Shown one piece after another: positions 1 to 11,114 of a stretch of 64,000 bases of DNA; positions within the stretch are counted from its first letter, which is position 1, and each line of letters starts with the position of its first letter. Location: the NCBI GenBank assembly GCA_951406725.2, contig OX597822.1, positions 61,008,001-61,072,000 of the forward strand. The letters are read 5' to 3'. The translations under genes were made by a program, and so were the position numbers. The stretch comes from Octopus vulgaris (taxonomy: Eukaryota). Under the pieces are notes generated by a model that made no database searches, was not told the origin of the DNA, and saw only the letters and a program-made list of their open reading frames with translations.

Positions 1-2470
1 CTACCTCTTCCACGGGTTCCCTCCACTGCTAGGGATTGGCACTTTTTCACACACCTATCTTCATCCATTCTCGCCACATGACCGTACCAGCGCAATCGTC
101 TCTCTTGCACACCACAACTGATGCTCCTTAGGTACAACATTTCTCTCAGGGTACTAACGCTCTGTCGAGCATGCACACTGACATTACACATCCATCGGAG
201 CATACTGGCTTCATTTCTTGCGAGCTTATGCATGTCCTCAGCAGTCACGGCCCATGTTTCACTGCTATGTAGCATGGCTGTTCGTACACATGCATCATAC
301 AGTCTGCCTTTTACTCTGAGCGAGAGGCCTTTAGTCACCAGCAGAGGTAAGAGCTCCCTAAACTTTGCCCAGGCTATTCTTACTCTAGCCATTACACTTT
401 CAGCACACCCACCCCCACTACTGACTTGGTCACCAAGATAACGGAAGCAATCAACTACTTCTAGTTTTTCCCCCTGGAAAGTGACGGAAGTTGTTTTCTG
501 CAGATTTTCAGAGGTTAATGCTCCCGAGCATCTGCCGCATACAAAAACCATCTTCCTAGTTAGCCTTCCTTTGACATTGCTGCACCTCTTATGTGTCCAT
601 AGCTTACACTTGGTGCATCTTATAGAGTTTCTACCTACACCTTTTCTACAGATCGAGCAGGGCCATCTACCTGAAGGCGTTTGTGATTTGTCTACCTTCC
701 TACTTATTACGACTTTGGTTTTAGCTAGATTGACTCTAAGGCCCCTCGATTCTAAACCTTGCTTCCACACCTGAAACTTCTCCTCCAGTTCTGATAGTGA
801 CTCAGCAATTAGAGCAAGGTCATCAGCATAGAGGAGCTCCCAGGGGCATCCTGTCTTGAATTCCTCTGTTATTGCCTGGAGGACTATGATAAATAGGAGG
901 AGGCTGAGGACTGAGCCATGGTGGACCCCTACCTCTACCCGGAATTCTTCACTGTACTCGTTGCCAACCCTCACCTTACTAGCAGCGTCCCTGTACATGG
1001 CTCGCACAGCTCTCACTAACCATTCATCTATCCCTAGTTTCCTCATTGACCACCAGATGAGGGATCGGGGGACCCTGTTGAAGGCTTTCTCCATGTCAAC
1101 AAAAGGTACAGGGGCTTATCTTTGGCTAGGTATTTCTCCTGCAGCTGCCTTACCAGGAATATAGCATCAGTGGTACTTTTCCCTGGCACGAACCCAAACT
1201 GCATCTCATCTAAACTAACTCTCTCTCTAATTAGTTGGGCTATGACCCTCTCTGTAACCTTCATTACTTGATCCAACAGCTTGATACCTCTGTAATTATT
1301 TGTATCTAGGGCGTCACCTTTACCTTTGTAGCAGTTGACTATTATGCTGCTACACCAGTCATTGGGTATGACTCCTTCGTGTATCACCTGATTAACTATA
1401 CGGGTGACTAGGCTATAGCCGACACTACCAGATATTTTGAGCATCTCTGCAGTGATACCTGATGGGCCTGGGGCTTTCCCTGTCTTCATGCTTCTAATTG
1501 CCTTAACTACCAAGGAACTATCAACTCTGATAGCTGGTCCCTCTGTTGGGTCAACATTCGGCAGACTCTCTTTATCCCATTCATTTTCTTTATTCAGCAA
1601 CCTTTCATAGTGGCATCTCCAAACCTCTCTCTTTGCATCCTCATTTAGCGCAAGTGAACCATCTTCCATGCGAACACACTTCTCTCCTACCACATCACAA
1701 TTCTCTCTCACACACTGTCTTGCAACGCGAAACACCTCCAGTCTTTGGTCCTCACGGCGCAGAACATTGGCAAATTTTTTCTTATCTGCTTCCCCTCTGG
1801 CTAAATACACCAGTCTCCTAGCTTCCCTTTTAGCAGTCTGATACAATTCCCTGCTACCACCATTCTTCCAGTGTTTCCAAGTCTGTCTCTTTTCTCTAAT
1901 AGCCCTGTCTACAACACTGTTCCACCACCACGTAACCTTGGGATGAGAGGGGACTTTGCACCAGCCACAAATCTGGTCAGTGGCTCTCAGCAGGTTGTTC
2001 CTTAGAAACGTCCAGTTGCCCTCTACCCCATGTGATACTCTATCCCCTTCTACTTCGTCAAAGGCTTCAAGTAGCATGTCCCTAAATCTCTGTACATTCG
2101 CAGGATCTTTAAGCTTCCAGATCCTTCTTCTCCATGTTGGTCGTCTTCTGGTTGTCCTCCTAGTCCTGATCCTAAAGTCACTAACTACCAGTCTATGTTG
2201 TGGGGTACATTCTTCACCTGGGAAGGCTTTGGCATTTATAAGTAGCCATCTCTCCCTTTGCCTGGCAAGGATGTAGTCAATTTGGCTGGTATGTTGGCCC
2301 GATCGGTAGGTGACTAGGTGGCTGGTAGGTTTCCTGAAGTTAGTGTTGCAAATCATAAGATTATTTGCATCGCAGAACTCCAGCAGCCTGGCTCCCTCCT
2401 CATTGCGGGAACCATAGCCATAGCCTCCATGTACGCCATGGAAGCCCCCAGCATGTCGTCGAACGTGACC
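1..2470 (-). mobile_element. RTE-clade LINE, 5'-truncated inside the AP endonuclease; ORF2 with RT runs off the window start; frameshift near 1103
   Basis: ORF 1043..2815 gives GHV..HGGYGYGSRNEEG..LLEF, QIDYIL, KAPGPSGI, YRGIKLL, QFGFVPGKSTTDAIF. After the frameshift, manual translation gives VDMEKAFNRVP, ELLYADD (about 820-840), FRYLGDQ and RRLRWYGHV. Confidence 0.95.
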
Positions 2471-2517
2471 ATATAATGTGAGTGTGTATGTATGTATGTA
2501 TATATATATATACATAA

Positions 2518-2550
<33 letters not shown>

Positions 2551-2551
2551 T

Positions 2552-2595
<44 letters not shown>

Positions 2596-2656
2596 TTATA
2601 TTACATATACATAACATGTATATTAATGCATTTGTGTTCTTGTGAGAGTGTGTTAT

Positions 2657-2714
<58 letters not shown>

Positions 2715-2812
2715 ATATATATATATGTGTGTGTGTATGTAGATGTATCTGTGTATGTGTGTGCATGTACATGTGTATATAATGTATGTATGCATGTGCG
2801 TTTGCATACATA
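2471..2812. repeat. Compound (TA)n/(TG)n microsatellite at the 5' truncation point of the RTE
   Basis: Long tatata and tgtg runs. Confidence 0.9.
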
Positions 2813-3224
2813 CAAGCAATTGGTAACAGTAGCAGCAGCAGCTGAACCACTACCACCACTATCACTGCTCCATCACCACCATGACTACCATCACTTTTCT
2901 GTATTACATCAATATTAAAATTGCTGCACTCAATATTTTCTTGTCTATTAGAAACACCTAGAAAGACATCATTTTTCCTGACTCATGTCATTTTCTTTAA
3001 TAACACAACATGCTGTTTGTTCTACACTATAGTTCTGTCTATCTGTCTATCTATCTATCTATCTATAAAAATGGACCTAAGGGGAGGAGCCAAGAGGGCA
3101 CATGTCCCCCTCCAGAAAAGATGTGCGCCCTTCAAAATAATGTTATTACACCCTTTTCTCCTGGAATTGTATTCCCTTCTGACCTTGTGCCCTCCCTTCA
3201 AAAATTTCTGGGACTATACCTGAT

Positions 3225-3345
3225 CTGTCTGTCTGTCTATGTATGTATGTATGTATGTATGTATGTATGTATGTATGTATGTATGTATGTATGTATGTAT
3301 GTATGTATGTATGTATGTATGTATGTATGTATGTATGTGTGTATG
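3225..3345. repeat. (TCTG)n then (TATG)n tetranucleotide microsatellite
   Basis: Long uninterrupted gtat array. Confidence 0.95.
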
Positions 3346-3977
3346 TATTACTAGAAAACCATTAGTCCAACAACAGTTAAACTAAAATTTGAATTAATAC
3401 ACAAAAAGTGTTATTTATAGTTGAAAGAGAGCAAACATTATAACAATAGAATTTTTACCAAGCAGACAACTTGGTGCTTTATGTTGTGCTTATGATACAC
3501 TTGTGAGTTATATCCTGGAGCAAGTTTTGTATCTATAGGTTGCTTTTGTAAGACAATAACAATGTGCTCTTCTAATTATACATACGGGAACTAACATAAT
3601 AATTGTGAGAAATCAAACAATATCAACTCCTTAGTTAACTGGGTTAAAACCTATTTTGTCTTTCTCATATCATGTGTTTCTAACCCTTCTATGTAACCTT
3701 TTTATTTATTTATTTATTATTTCTGGACTGTGTTTATTTTTATAGAGCTGAATGTTTTAAAATCCTTTTCTAGCTTCAGAAAAGGAAAACTGTATTTGAT
3801 ACTGAAATTGTCAGCTGTTTACAATACAATAAGGTCTTACACACATAGGAGACCAGATAATTAGTTGAAAGGGATTACTTATTTAAATTCAACTCCATTA
3901 CTTGACTGTACTTTTGCTAATAACAATAATAATTTCTAATAGAGACGCAAGGCTAAGGATTGGTTCTGAGAAATTAT

Positions 3978-4227
3978 TTACTCTTTTACTCTTTTACATG
4001 TTTCAGTCATTTGAATGTGGCCATGCTGGAGCACCACCTTTAGTCAAGCAAATCTACCCCAGGACTTATTCTTTGTAAGCCTAGTACTTATTCAATCAGT
4101 CTCTTATGCCGAACTGCTAAGTTACGGCGATGTAAACACACTAGCATCGGTTGTCAAGTGATGTTGGGGGGACAAACACAGACACACAAACATATACACA
4201 CACATACACATATATACATATATATAT

Positions 4228-4288
<61 letters not shown>

Positions 4289-4448
4289 TACGACGAGCTT
4301 CTTTCAGTTTCCGTCTACCAAATCCACTCACAAGGCTTTGGTCGGCCCAAGGCTATAGTAGAAGACACTAGCCCAAGGTGCCACATAGTGGGACTGAACC
4401 TGGAACCATGTGGTTCGTAAGCAAGGTACTTACCACACAGCCACTCCT
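3978..4448 (-). mobile_element. tRNA-derived SINE, family A (internal CA/TA microsatellite, AAGAGTA-type tail)
   Basis: Minus-strand head aggagtggctgtgtggtaag (A box) and ggttcagtccc (B box); near-identical copies at 10.2, 13.1, 16.6, 27.1 and 40.7 kb. Confidence 0.9.
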
Positions 4449-4629
4449 AAGCTTATTTAATTAATTTGAGCCCAATACTTGACTGGTACTTTATTTTATT
4501 GACCAAAGAAGGATGAAAGGCAAAGTTGACCTTGGCTGTATTTGAACTGTGAACATAAAAATCAAAAAAAAGACAGTGCAAGACCTCTTTTCCAACACTT
4601 GAATGATTTTTCCAATCCAATGCTATTTT

Positions 4630-4930
4630 TTTAATAATAATGATGCTACTGCTACTACAACTACTACTGCTGATACTGCTGCTGCTGCTGCTGCTGTAGC
4701 CACTGTTTGCTGCCACTGCTGTCGCCACTGCTGCTGTGGGTACTGCTACCACCACCACAATTACCAATACCACAACCAACACCACCACCATTGCTGCTAC
4801 AGCTGCCGCCACCACCACTATAACCATCACCACTACCACAACTACCACAACCACCACAACCACCTCCACTATTGTAACCACCACCACCACTACTACTATT
4901 ACTACTATTGATGATGACAGTGATGGTGGT
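4630..4930. repeat. Cryptic trinucleotide repeat (CTG/CAC/TAC)
   Basis: Low-complexity tract that produces spurious poly-T/V/H ORFs. Confidence 0.85.
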
Positions 4931-5110
4931 TTCAAATATTGGCAGAAGGTCAGCAAGTTCAAGGGAAGGGGTGACCCCAGTGCTCAACTGGTACTTATTT
5001 TGTCAACTCCAAAAAGATGAAAGGCAAGTTGAACTCAAAACATAAAGACAGATGAAATACTGCAAAGCATTTTGCCTGGTGTGCTAATGATTCTACCAGA
5101 CTGCCACCTA
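4930..5110 (-). mobile_element. Degenerate tRNA-derived SINE, family B
   Basis: ctggtacttatttt..gatgaaaggcaagttgaactca..gcattttgcctggtgtgctaatgattct matches the family B copies at 32.3, 46.2, 54.9 and 56.2 kb. Confidence 0.75.
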
Positions 5111-5158
<48 letters not shown>

Positions 5159-5312
5159 GATGATGATGATGATGATGATGATAATGATGGTGATAAAGAT
5201 AGAGAAACTAAGGCCAATAGGCTGGATATAGAGTTAGATAAATTAAGGCCAATAAGCCAGATATAGAGATAGAGAAATTAAGGTTAAAAGCCTGGATATA
5301 GTTATTAGATCA

Positions 5313-5705
5313 TCAAGAAAAAAAATGCTTTCTAATCAATGTATCAATACCAACTGATGACAATGTTTCTCTAAAAGAAATGGAGAAACTTTCAAAATAC
5401 AAAGATCTGGAATTAGATGTAACTCGAATGTGGAGTCTAAAAACAGAAACATTTCCTATCATAGTAGGTGCATTAGGTATGATAAAAAGATATTCAAATA
5501 CATAGCAAAAACACCAGGACCAACAAGTATACATAACATACAGAAAACAGCACTAATAGGCACCACACACATCCTACATAAAACACTTTCAATACAGTAA
5601 AATTAACAGCATCACAAGAAACCACAGCACATATCCAAGGCACACAGAACTGTGCTCAGTAGTGCAATGAAAGCATGTAATAAAAACAAGGCTACTGAAT
5701 AACGA
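5313..5705 (+). mobile_element. R4/Dong-clade LINE 3' fragment (restriction-like endonuclease end plus 3' UTR)
   Basis: Translates KKCFLINVSIPTDDNVSLKEMEKLSKYKDLE..RMW..PIIVGALG..IQKTALIGTTHIL; ends actgaataa next to TAA-type repeats. Confidence 0.85.
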
Positions 5706-5708
5706 TAA

Positions 5709-6110
5709 TGATTTCTTTTATTGGTCACAAGGGCCCAAGACATGGAGGACAATATCGAAGGACAAGTTACAGTGCAAAAGATTACAGAAACACGTGGGGT
5801 TAACATCAATCAAGGGGAGATACTACTTCATTAAAGGATATAACAGAGGATATATGATAGAAAGTAGAGAAATGAATAATAATAAATAGAATCCCCAATA
5901 GTGGGGTAGTCCACTTAGAGTAATCTGGGGTAAACCCCATACAAAAATCCTGGATTACTCAGCCATCTCCAAGGCATGGTAAAGTGCCCTCTCCCAGTTT
6001 CTTCCCTCCTGCTTAGAAAAGTGTATTCAGAGTAGTAGATCCATTCAGTCTCACCAGTCTTGCCACTGTCCACCACCTTTTGATAAACATACTAGAAGGC
6101 AGCACCTCCC
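5709..6110 (-). mobile_element. 3' end of a Tx1/L1-clade LINE (ORF2 C-terminus plus 3' UTR)
   Basis: Minus strand EVLPSSMFIKRWWTVARLVRLNG..LF* (F..RW terminal motif); ends gtcctccatgtcttgggcccttgtgaccaataaaagaaa. Confidence 0.6.
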
Positions 6111-6119
6111 ATAATAAAA

Positions 6120-6151
<32 letters not shown>

Positions 6152-6200
6152 GATGATGATGGTGATGGTGATGGTGATGATGATGATGATGATGATGATG

Positions 6201-6744
6201 AATGCCCTGATGCAGTACCAGACAGTAGCTCTCATGGCTTCTGATCTTAACTGATTGGAAGCACTATCATGTACATTTTTTTTGTCTTGGTATAAAAGAT
6301 GGGCTACAGCAAATATTCTGCTCAATACCACAGATTTGCTTGTCAGTTGTTTGACCTTAACCAGTTGAACATGTCCTTTAGTGGCTGATGATATGTGCAT
6401 CTCTGATCATGAGCAGAAGTAGAGGGGGAGCATCATAGCCGTATGTTGAGAGGAATTCTTAGAGGTTTGGATAATTCACCTTTGGAAACATGGGTGTTTC
6501 GTTCAACATCATTAAACAATTCAGGGACCTTTTGAGCGGGATGGGCTACTTGACCAGAAGAAAATGCTAACTGGGCCCTACCTGCAAGGTCATGCATGCA
6601 CTGTTTATCTTGATATGAGATCACCATGTCATGCACATATGGTTTGTGATGCATGTGCCCGGTTTACCCTTATCAGATGGGTATACTGGGCTTCGTATAT
6701 TTTATCCCAGTGTCACTTTGATGGCATGCACTGCTCTCTCACTC
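6201..6744. repeat. Unclassified interspersed repeat bounded by GAT/TAA microsatellites
   Basis: Complex 540-bp block sharply flanked by (GAT)n and (TAA)n; no recognisable protein. Confidence 0.5.
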
Positions 6745-6808
6745 AATAATAATAATGATAACAACAACAACAACAACAACAACAATAATGATGATGATGA
6801 TGATGATG

Positions 6809-7384
6809 AAAGTATGTAAGCACTACAAAATCAGCACTCTTGCTTACTAGTATGAACATCATCCTGAGCCAGTCACTGAAGTTAAAAATGTCACTGTCCT
6901 CTGGGATTTTCCAGTCAACACCAACAGAACAATCCACATTATGGATAGGCCAATACACACAGATACAGATACTGTTGTTAGAGACCACTTAGAAAAAATG
7001 CCTTCTAATTCTCATATCAGTTCCAACAGATAACAATCTATCACTAAAAAACAAATAAAAATTCTTGAACAAAGATCTAGAAATTGAGGTAACCTGAATG
7101 TAAACCCTGAAGGCAGAAGTAATGCCTATAATAATAGGTGCATTAGGCAGGGTTAAAAAACATGCAGACAAATACATAACCAAAATATAAGGACTTATGA
7201 ATATATATAGCATACAGAAAATAGCACTACTAGGCACCACCCATTTCCTATGTATAGTACTTTCAATTCAGTAAAAATAACAACACTAATACAAGCTACA
7301 ACATAGAGCCAAGACATAGAGATGCACTTGGTAATACAGTGAGAGAACATAATAAAATTAAAACTACTGAATAATAATAATAAT
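6809..7384 (+). mobile_element. Second R4/Dong-clade LINE 3' fragment
   Basis: KVCKHY..YEHHPEPV..VTVLWDFPVNT..KKCLLI..KDLEIEV..PIIIGALG..IQKIALLGT; ends actgaataataataa; homologous to 5313-5705. Confidence 0.85.
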
Positions 7385-7636
7385 TCGAATTTTGGCCCAA
7401 GGCCAGCAATTTTGGGAAGGGATTAAGTTGATTACATTAACCCCAGTGTTCAACTGGTACTTATTTCATCCTTTTCTACTATAGGCACCAGATCCAGAAT
7501 TTTGAAGGCGGGAGCTAGTCAATTAGATTGACTCCAGTATGCAACTGGTACTTATTTTATCTACTCCAAAAGGATGAAAGGCAAAGTCGACTTTGGTGGA
7601 ACTTGAACACAGACATAAAGGCAGATGAAATGCCAT

Positions 7637-8632
7637 TAGGTGGCCAAGTCAGTAGTGGAGGTGGATGCTCCAAGAGCATAGCTGCTAAAATAAGAATAGT
7701 CTGGGCAAAGTTCAGAGAGCTTCTGCTTCTGTTGGTAACAAAAGGCCTCTCCCTTAGACAGAAATGTAGACAGTATGTTGCCTGTGTGTGAACAGCCATG
7801 CTCCACAGCAGTGAAGCATAGCTGTGACCACAGAGGATATGTGAAGGCTTGAAAGAAATGAGGCTAATAGTCTTCACTGGATGTGCAATGTCAATGTGCA
7901 TGTATGACAGAGTGTAAGTGTCTTCAGAGAAATGCTAAGCATAAGAAGCATCAAATATGGTGAGCAAGAAAGACAAATGTGCTGGTATGGTTATGTGATG
8001 TGTATGGATGAGAACAGCTGTGTAAAGTGCCAATCTCTAACTGTGGAAGGAACCTGTGGAAGAGGTAGACCCAAGAAGACATGGGACAAGCTGGTGAAAC
8101 ATGACCTTCAAATTTTGGGCTTCGTGGAGGTGATGACTAGTGACCAAGTCTTTTGGTGGTATGCTGTGCTTGAGAAAATCTGTCAGGTCAAGTGAAATCA
8201 TAGTTGTGGCTGTTGCTGGTGTCACACAAATGGCACATGTGAAATCATAATCATGGCCATTGCTGGTAGCATGATCTTTGAATGCTGGGCCTCACAGAGA
8301 CAAGGGACAAGGTGATGAAGCATGATCTTCGAATGTTGGAGCTCACAGAAGCAATGACAAGTAACCAAGACCATAGCAATATGCTGTGCTTGAGAAGACT
8401 CATCCAGCCAAGGGAAACTGCTGTCATGGATATTGCTAGTGTCATGTAAATAGCAGCCATGCTAGTCACATGTAAAAAGCACACATTACATTCTTGGAGT
8501 GGTTGGCATTAGGAAGAGCATCCAGCCATAGAAACCATGCCAAATCAGACTGGAACCTTGTACAGCTCTCCAGCTTACTAGTTCCAGTCAAACCAGCTAA
8601 CCCATGCCAGCATGGAAAGCAGATGTTAAATG
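7637..8632 (+). mobile_element. Degenerate RTE 3' fragment with 3' UTR/tail
   Basis: GQVSSGGGC..IRIVWAKFRELL, WYGYV..GRGRPKKTW, homologous to 1-440; followed by the ttggcattaggaag..catgccagcatggaa tail. Confidence 0.85.
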
Positions 8633-8645
8633 ATTATTATTATTG

Positions 8646-8676
<31 letters not shown>

Positions 8677-10403
8677 CATCAATATTTTTCTTTATTAACA
8701 GCTAGTCGCAATGTGGAATTGCATAAAAAGCCTACAAAAAGGAGAATAACAGTAACAAAGAAACGATAAATTATTAACAGCCAAGTGCAGTGTGATACTG
8801 TAAAAGAAAAATTCAATTTGTTTATATTAATTTTTAGTATATGCATTAGCATTGAGCTAAATCATCCACAAATTTTTAATGGTAAATACATATATGCTGG
8901 CAGAGGGAATTAGCTGATTATGCACCATTCAAGCAGTCCTCGGTGATGATGTCTACAGTCATAGACAAAACTAGATCTAGTCTGAGTGATCCTCAAAATG
9001 ACCATGGGGATGGGTACTTCCCCTGTCAGCATGTGTGTATACTCTATGCGCTCTTCCAACAGCATTAAGAGTATTTTAACTCTTATTTCTAGCAATGTAG
9101 GTGCTCTGGCACTGTTAGAAACACTTAGTGATGATTGAATTTTTCCTTCATGGTATCACATTGCGCCTGGCTGTTACTATTAAGTTTTAGTATATAAATA
9201 TATATGTGTGTTTGTGTGTGTGTGTGTGTGTGTGCATATACACACACACATACACACACACACTCTTCTTTTAATTTGTATCTACCAAATCAACTGATAA
9301 GACTTTGGCCAACCTGGGTCTATATTGAAGACACCAAAGGTTTTGTGCAGTGGGACTGAAATCAAGAAGCAAATTTCTTAACCACACATCCATGCCTGTG
9401 TCTCTACATAAAGGTAACACGACATCAAATGTTTGCTAACAATCTCAGAACAAATTTACTCTGATACTCTTATTGAAGAAGTTAAACAAATGAATCAGAT
9501 ACTTCAAAAGTTGCTTAAGTGCTAGTTTGAATTCATGATTTATACTTAGATTCTTAATTTGATTGATAGTCAGTGAACTCAAACTACATGTCTAATGCTG
9601 TTGCTGTTGGTAGGGGTTATGATGATTGTGGTGATGTTGATAGTTGAAGTAGAGTTGTACAGCTGTTGTTATTGTTTGCCCCTCTTCCCATCACCACTGA
9701 TAAGCTCTAACTAAATGGATCTAAGACTTTATATAACTGACTTAATCCATTGCTTTGTTTAACACCATCACCTGCTTTCTGAGTGTCTTCAACAAAATTC
9801 CCTGTTGTAAGTATTCAGACCAGGTCTCTTATTTACTTCATAGATAACTTCCTCCCTTCATGTTATCAGTCACAGAGGTCCTGTAAAAAGGTCACAGCTA
9901 TTGTCTTTCCTCTGACTATACCATATTAAAAGCCATTCCAACAGTGACCATGCTGGCATTTGCAGGGTATTTATGACCACAAAAGGATAAACATCAATGC
10001 TTATGCATAAACACATACATGTATATACATATATACGTTGATACATAAATACATATGAGAGGCTGCTGAAAAGTTCCTGGCTTTAAGAGTATCGTGAAAG
10101 GCCTGGTTGGAAGCCCAGCCTTCCAAGTTCTTTTACAGGGCTTAGAAAAACTGAAGGACCACTGCAATAAGTGTGTGAATCTGAGAGGAAAATATCTATA
10201 ATAATACTCTCTTTACTCTTTTACTTGTTTCAGTCATTTGACTGTGGCCATGCTGGAGCACCACCTTTAGTCGAGCAAATCAGCCTCAGGACTTATTCTT
10301 TGTAAGCCTAGTACTTATTCTATCGGTTTGTTTTGCCGAACCACTAAGTTATGGGGACGTAAGCACACCAGCATCGGTTGTCAAGTGATGTTGGGGGGGA
10401 CGA

Positions 10404-10434
<31 letters not shown>

Positions 10435-10694
10435 TATCTATATATGTATATATAAATTTACAATTGAGGATAAAATCTTTATAAGAAATTATCAGTAGTT
10501 AGCGTGAAAAACCTCGTAAGAGAAAAAATCCGTAAATTTTTCCACTTTGAAAATATTTATTTATATTACATTGAGGGTACTACTATTCATAGATACCGCA
10601 TGCTAAGAGGGACCAATGCGGTCAAAACTACTAAAATAAACAAAATTTTACCGAATGCAAAACTTCAAAGCAAGTCATTTAAAAAAAGTATTTA

Positions 10695-10758
10695 GTTACA
10701 TATCACCTGTGATTTCGCAATTAATGCAGAATATGCATTCTATGTTCATCAGTGCAAC
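10695..10758 (-). ncRNA. Type I hammerhead ribozyme motif with intact core
   Basis: GUUGCA-CUGAUGA-[aca uag aaugca uauuc ugcauu aau ugc]-GAAA-UCAC AG GUGA-UA-UGUAAC: 6-bp stem I, bulged stem II, very short-looped stem III; A10.1-C11.1 mismatch. Confidence 0.75.
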
Positions 10759-11050
10759 AAACTCAAGACATATAAGAAAAAACATAACGTTACAAACCCG
10801 ATAGCCAACCGTAGAATTCGTCGTAGCATGTACGAATGTTTATCTTTACATATCTATGAAAATGGCAGGCTTATTCGCAATAATATTGCAATAATATTGC
10901 AATATTATTCGCAATAATATTGCAATATTATTGCGAATAAGCCCGCCATTTTCATAGATATGTAAAGATAAACATTCGTACATGCTACGATGAATTCTAC
11001 GGTTGGCTATCGGTTTGTAATGTTATGTTTTTCTTATATGTCTTGAGTTT

Positions 11051-11114
11051 GTTGCACTAATGAACATAGAATGCATATTCTGCATTAATTGCGAAATCAC
11101 AGGTGATATGTAAC
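11051..11114 (+). ncRNA. Mirror hammerhead copy with a core mutation (CUAAUGA)
   Basis: gttgca ctaatga acatag..ttgc gaaa tcacaggtga ta tgtaac; G5 changed to A. Confidence 0.65.

Noticed and set aside
121-2276. Plus-strand ORFs of 91-106 aa
   Set aside because: Antisense shadows of the RTE ORF2.
2471-2815. N-terminal 115 aa of the 590-aa ORF
   Set aside because: YIYI/HTHT read-through of a microsatellite; LINE homology starts only at about 2470.
3480-3840. Possible Penelope/hammerhead relic
   Set aside because: No CTGANGA core or consistent stems could be built.
4453-5266. Poly-V/T/H/N/D ORFs
   Set aside because: Translations of trinucleotide repeats with no splice or domain support.
8690-9100. 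Possible minus-strand terminal exon and 61-aa ORF
   Set aside because: No recognisable protein similarity and no linked exons.
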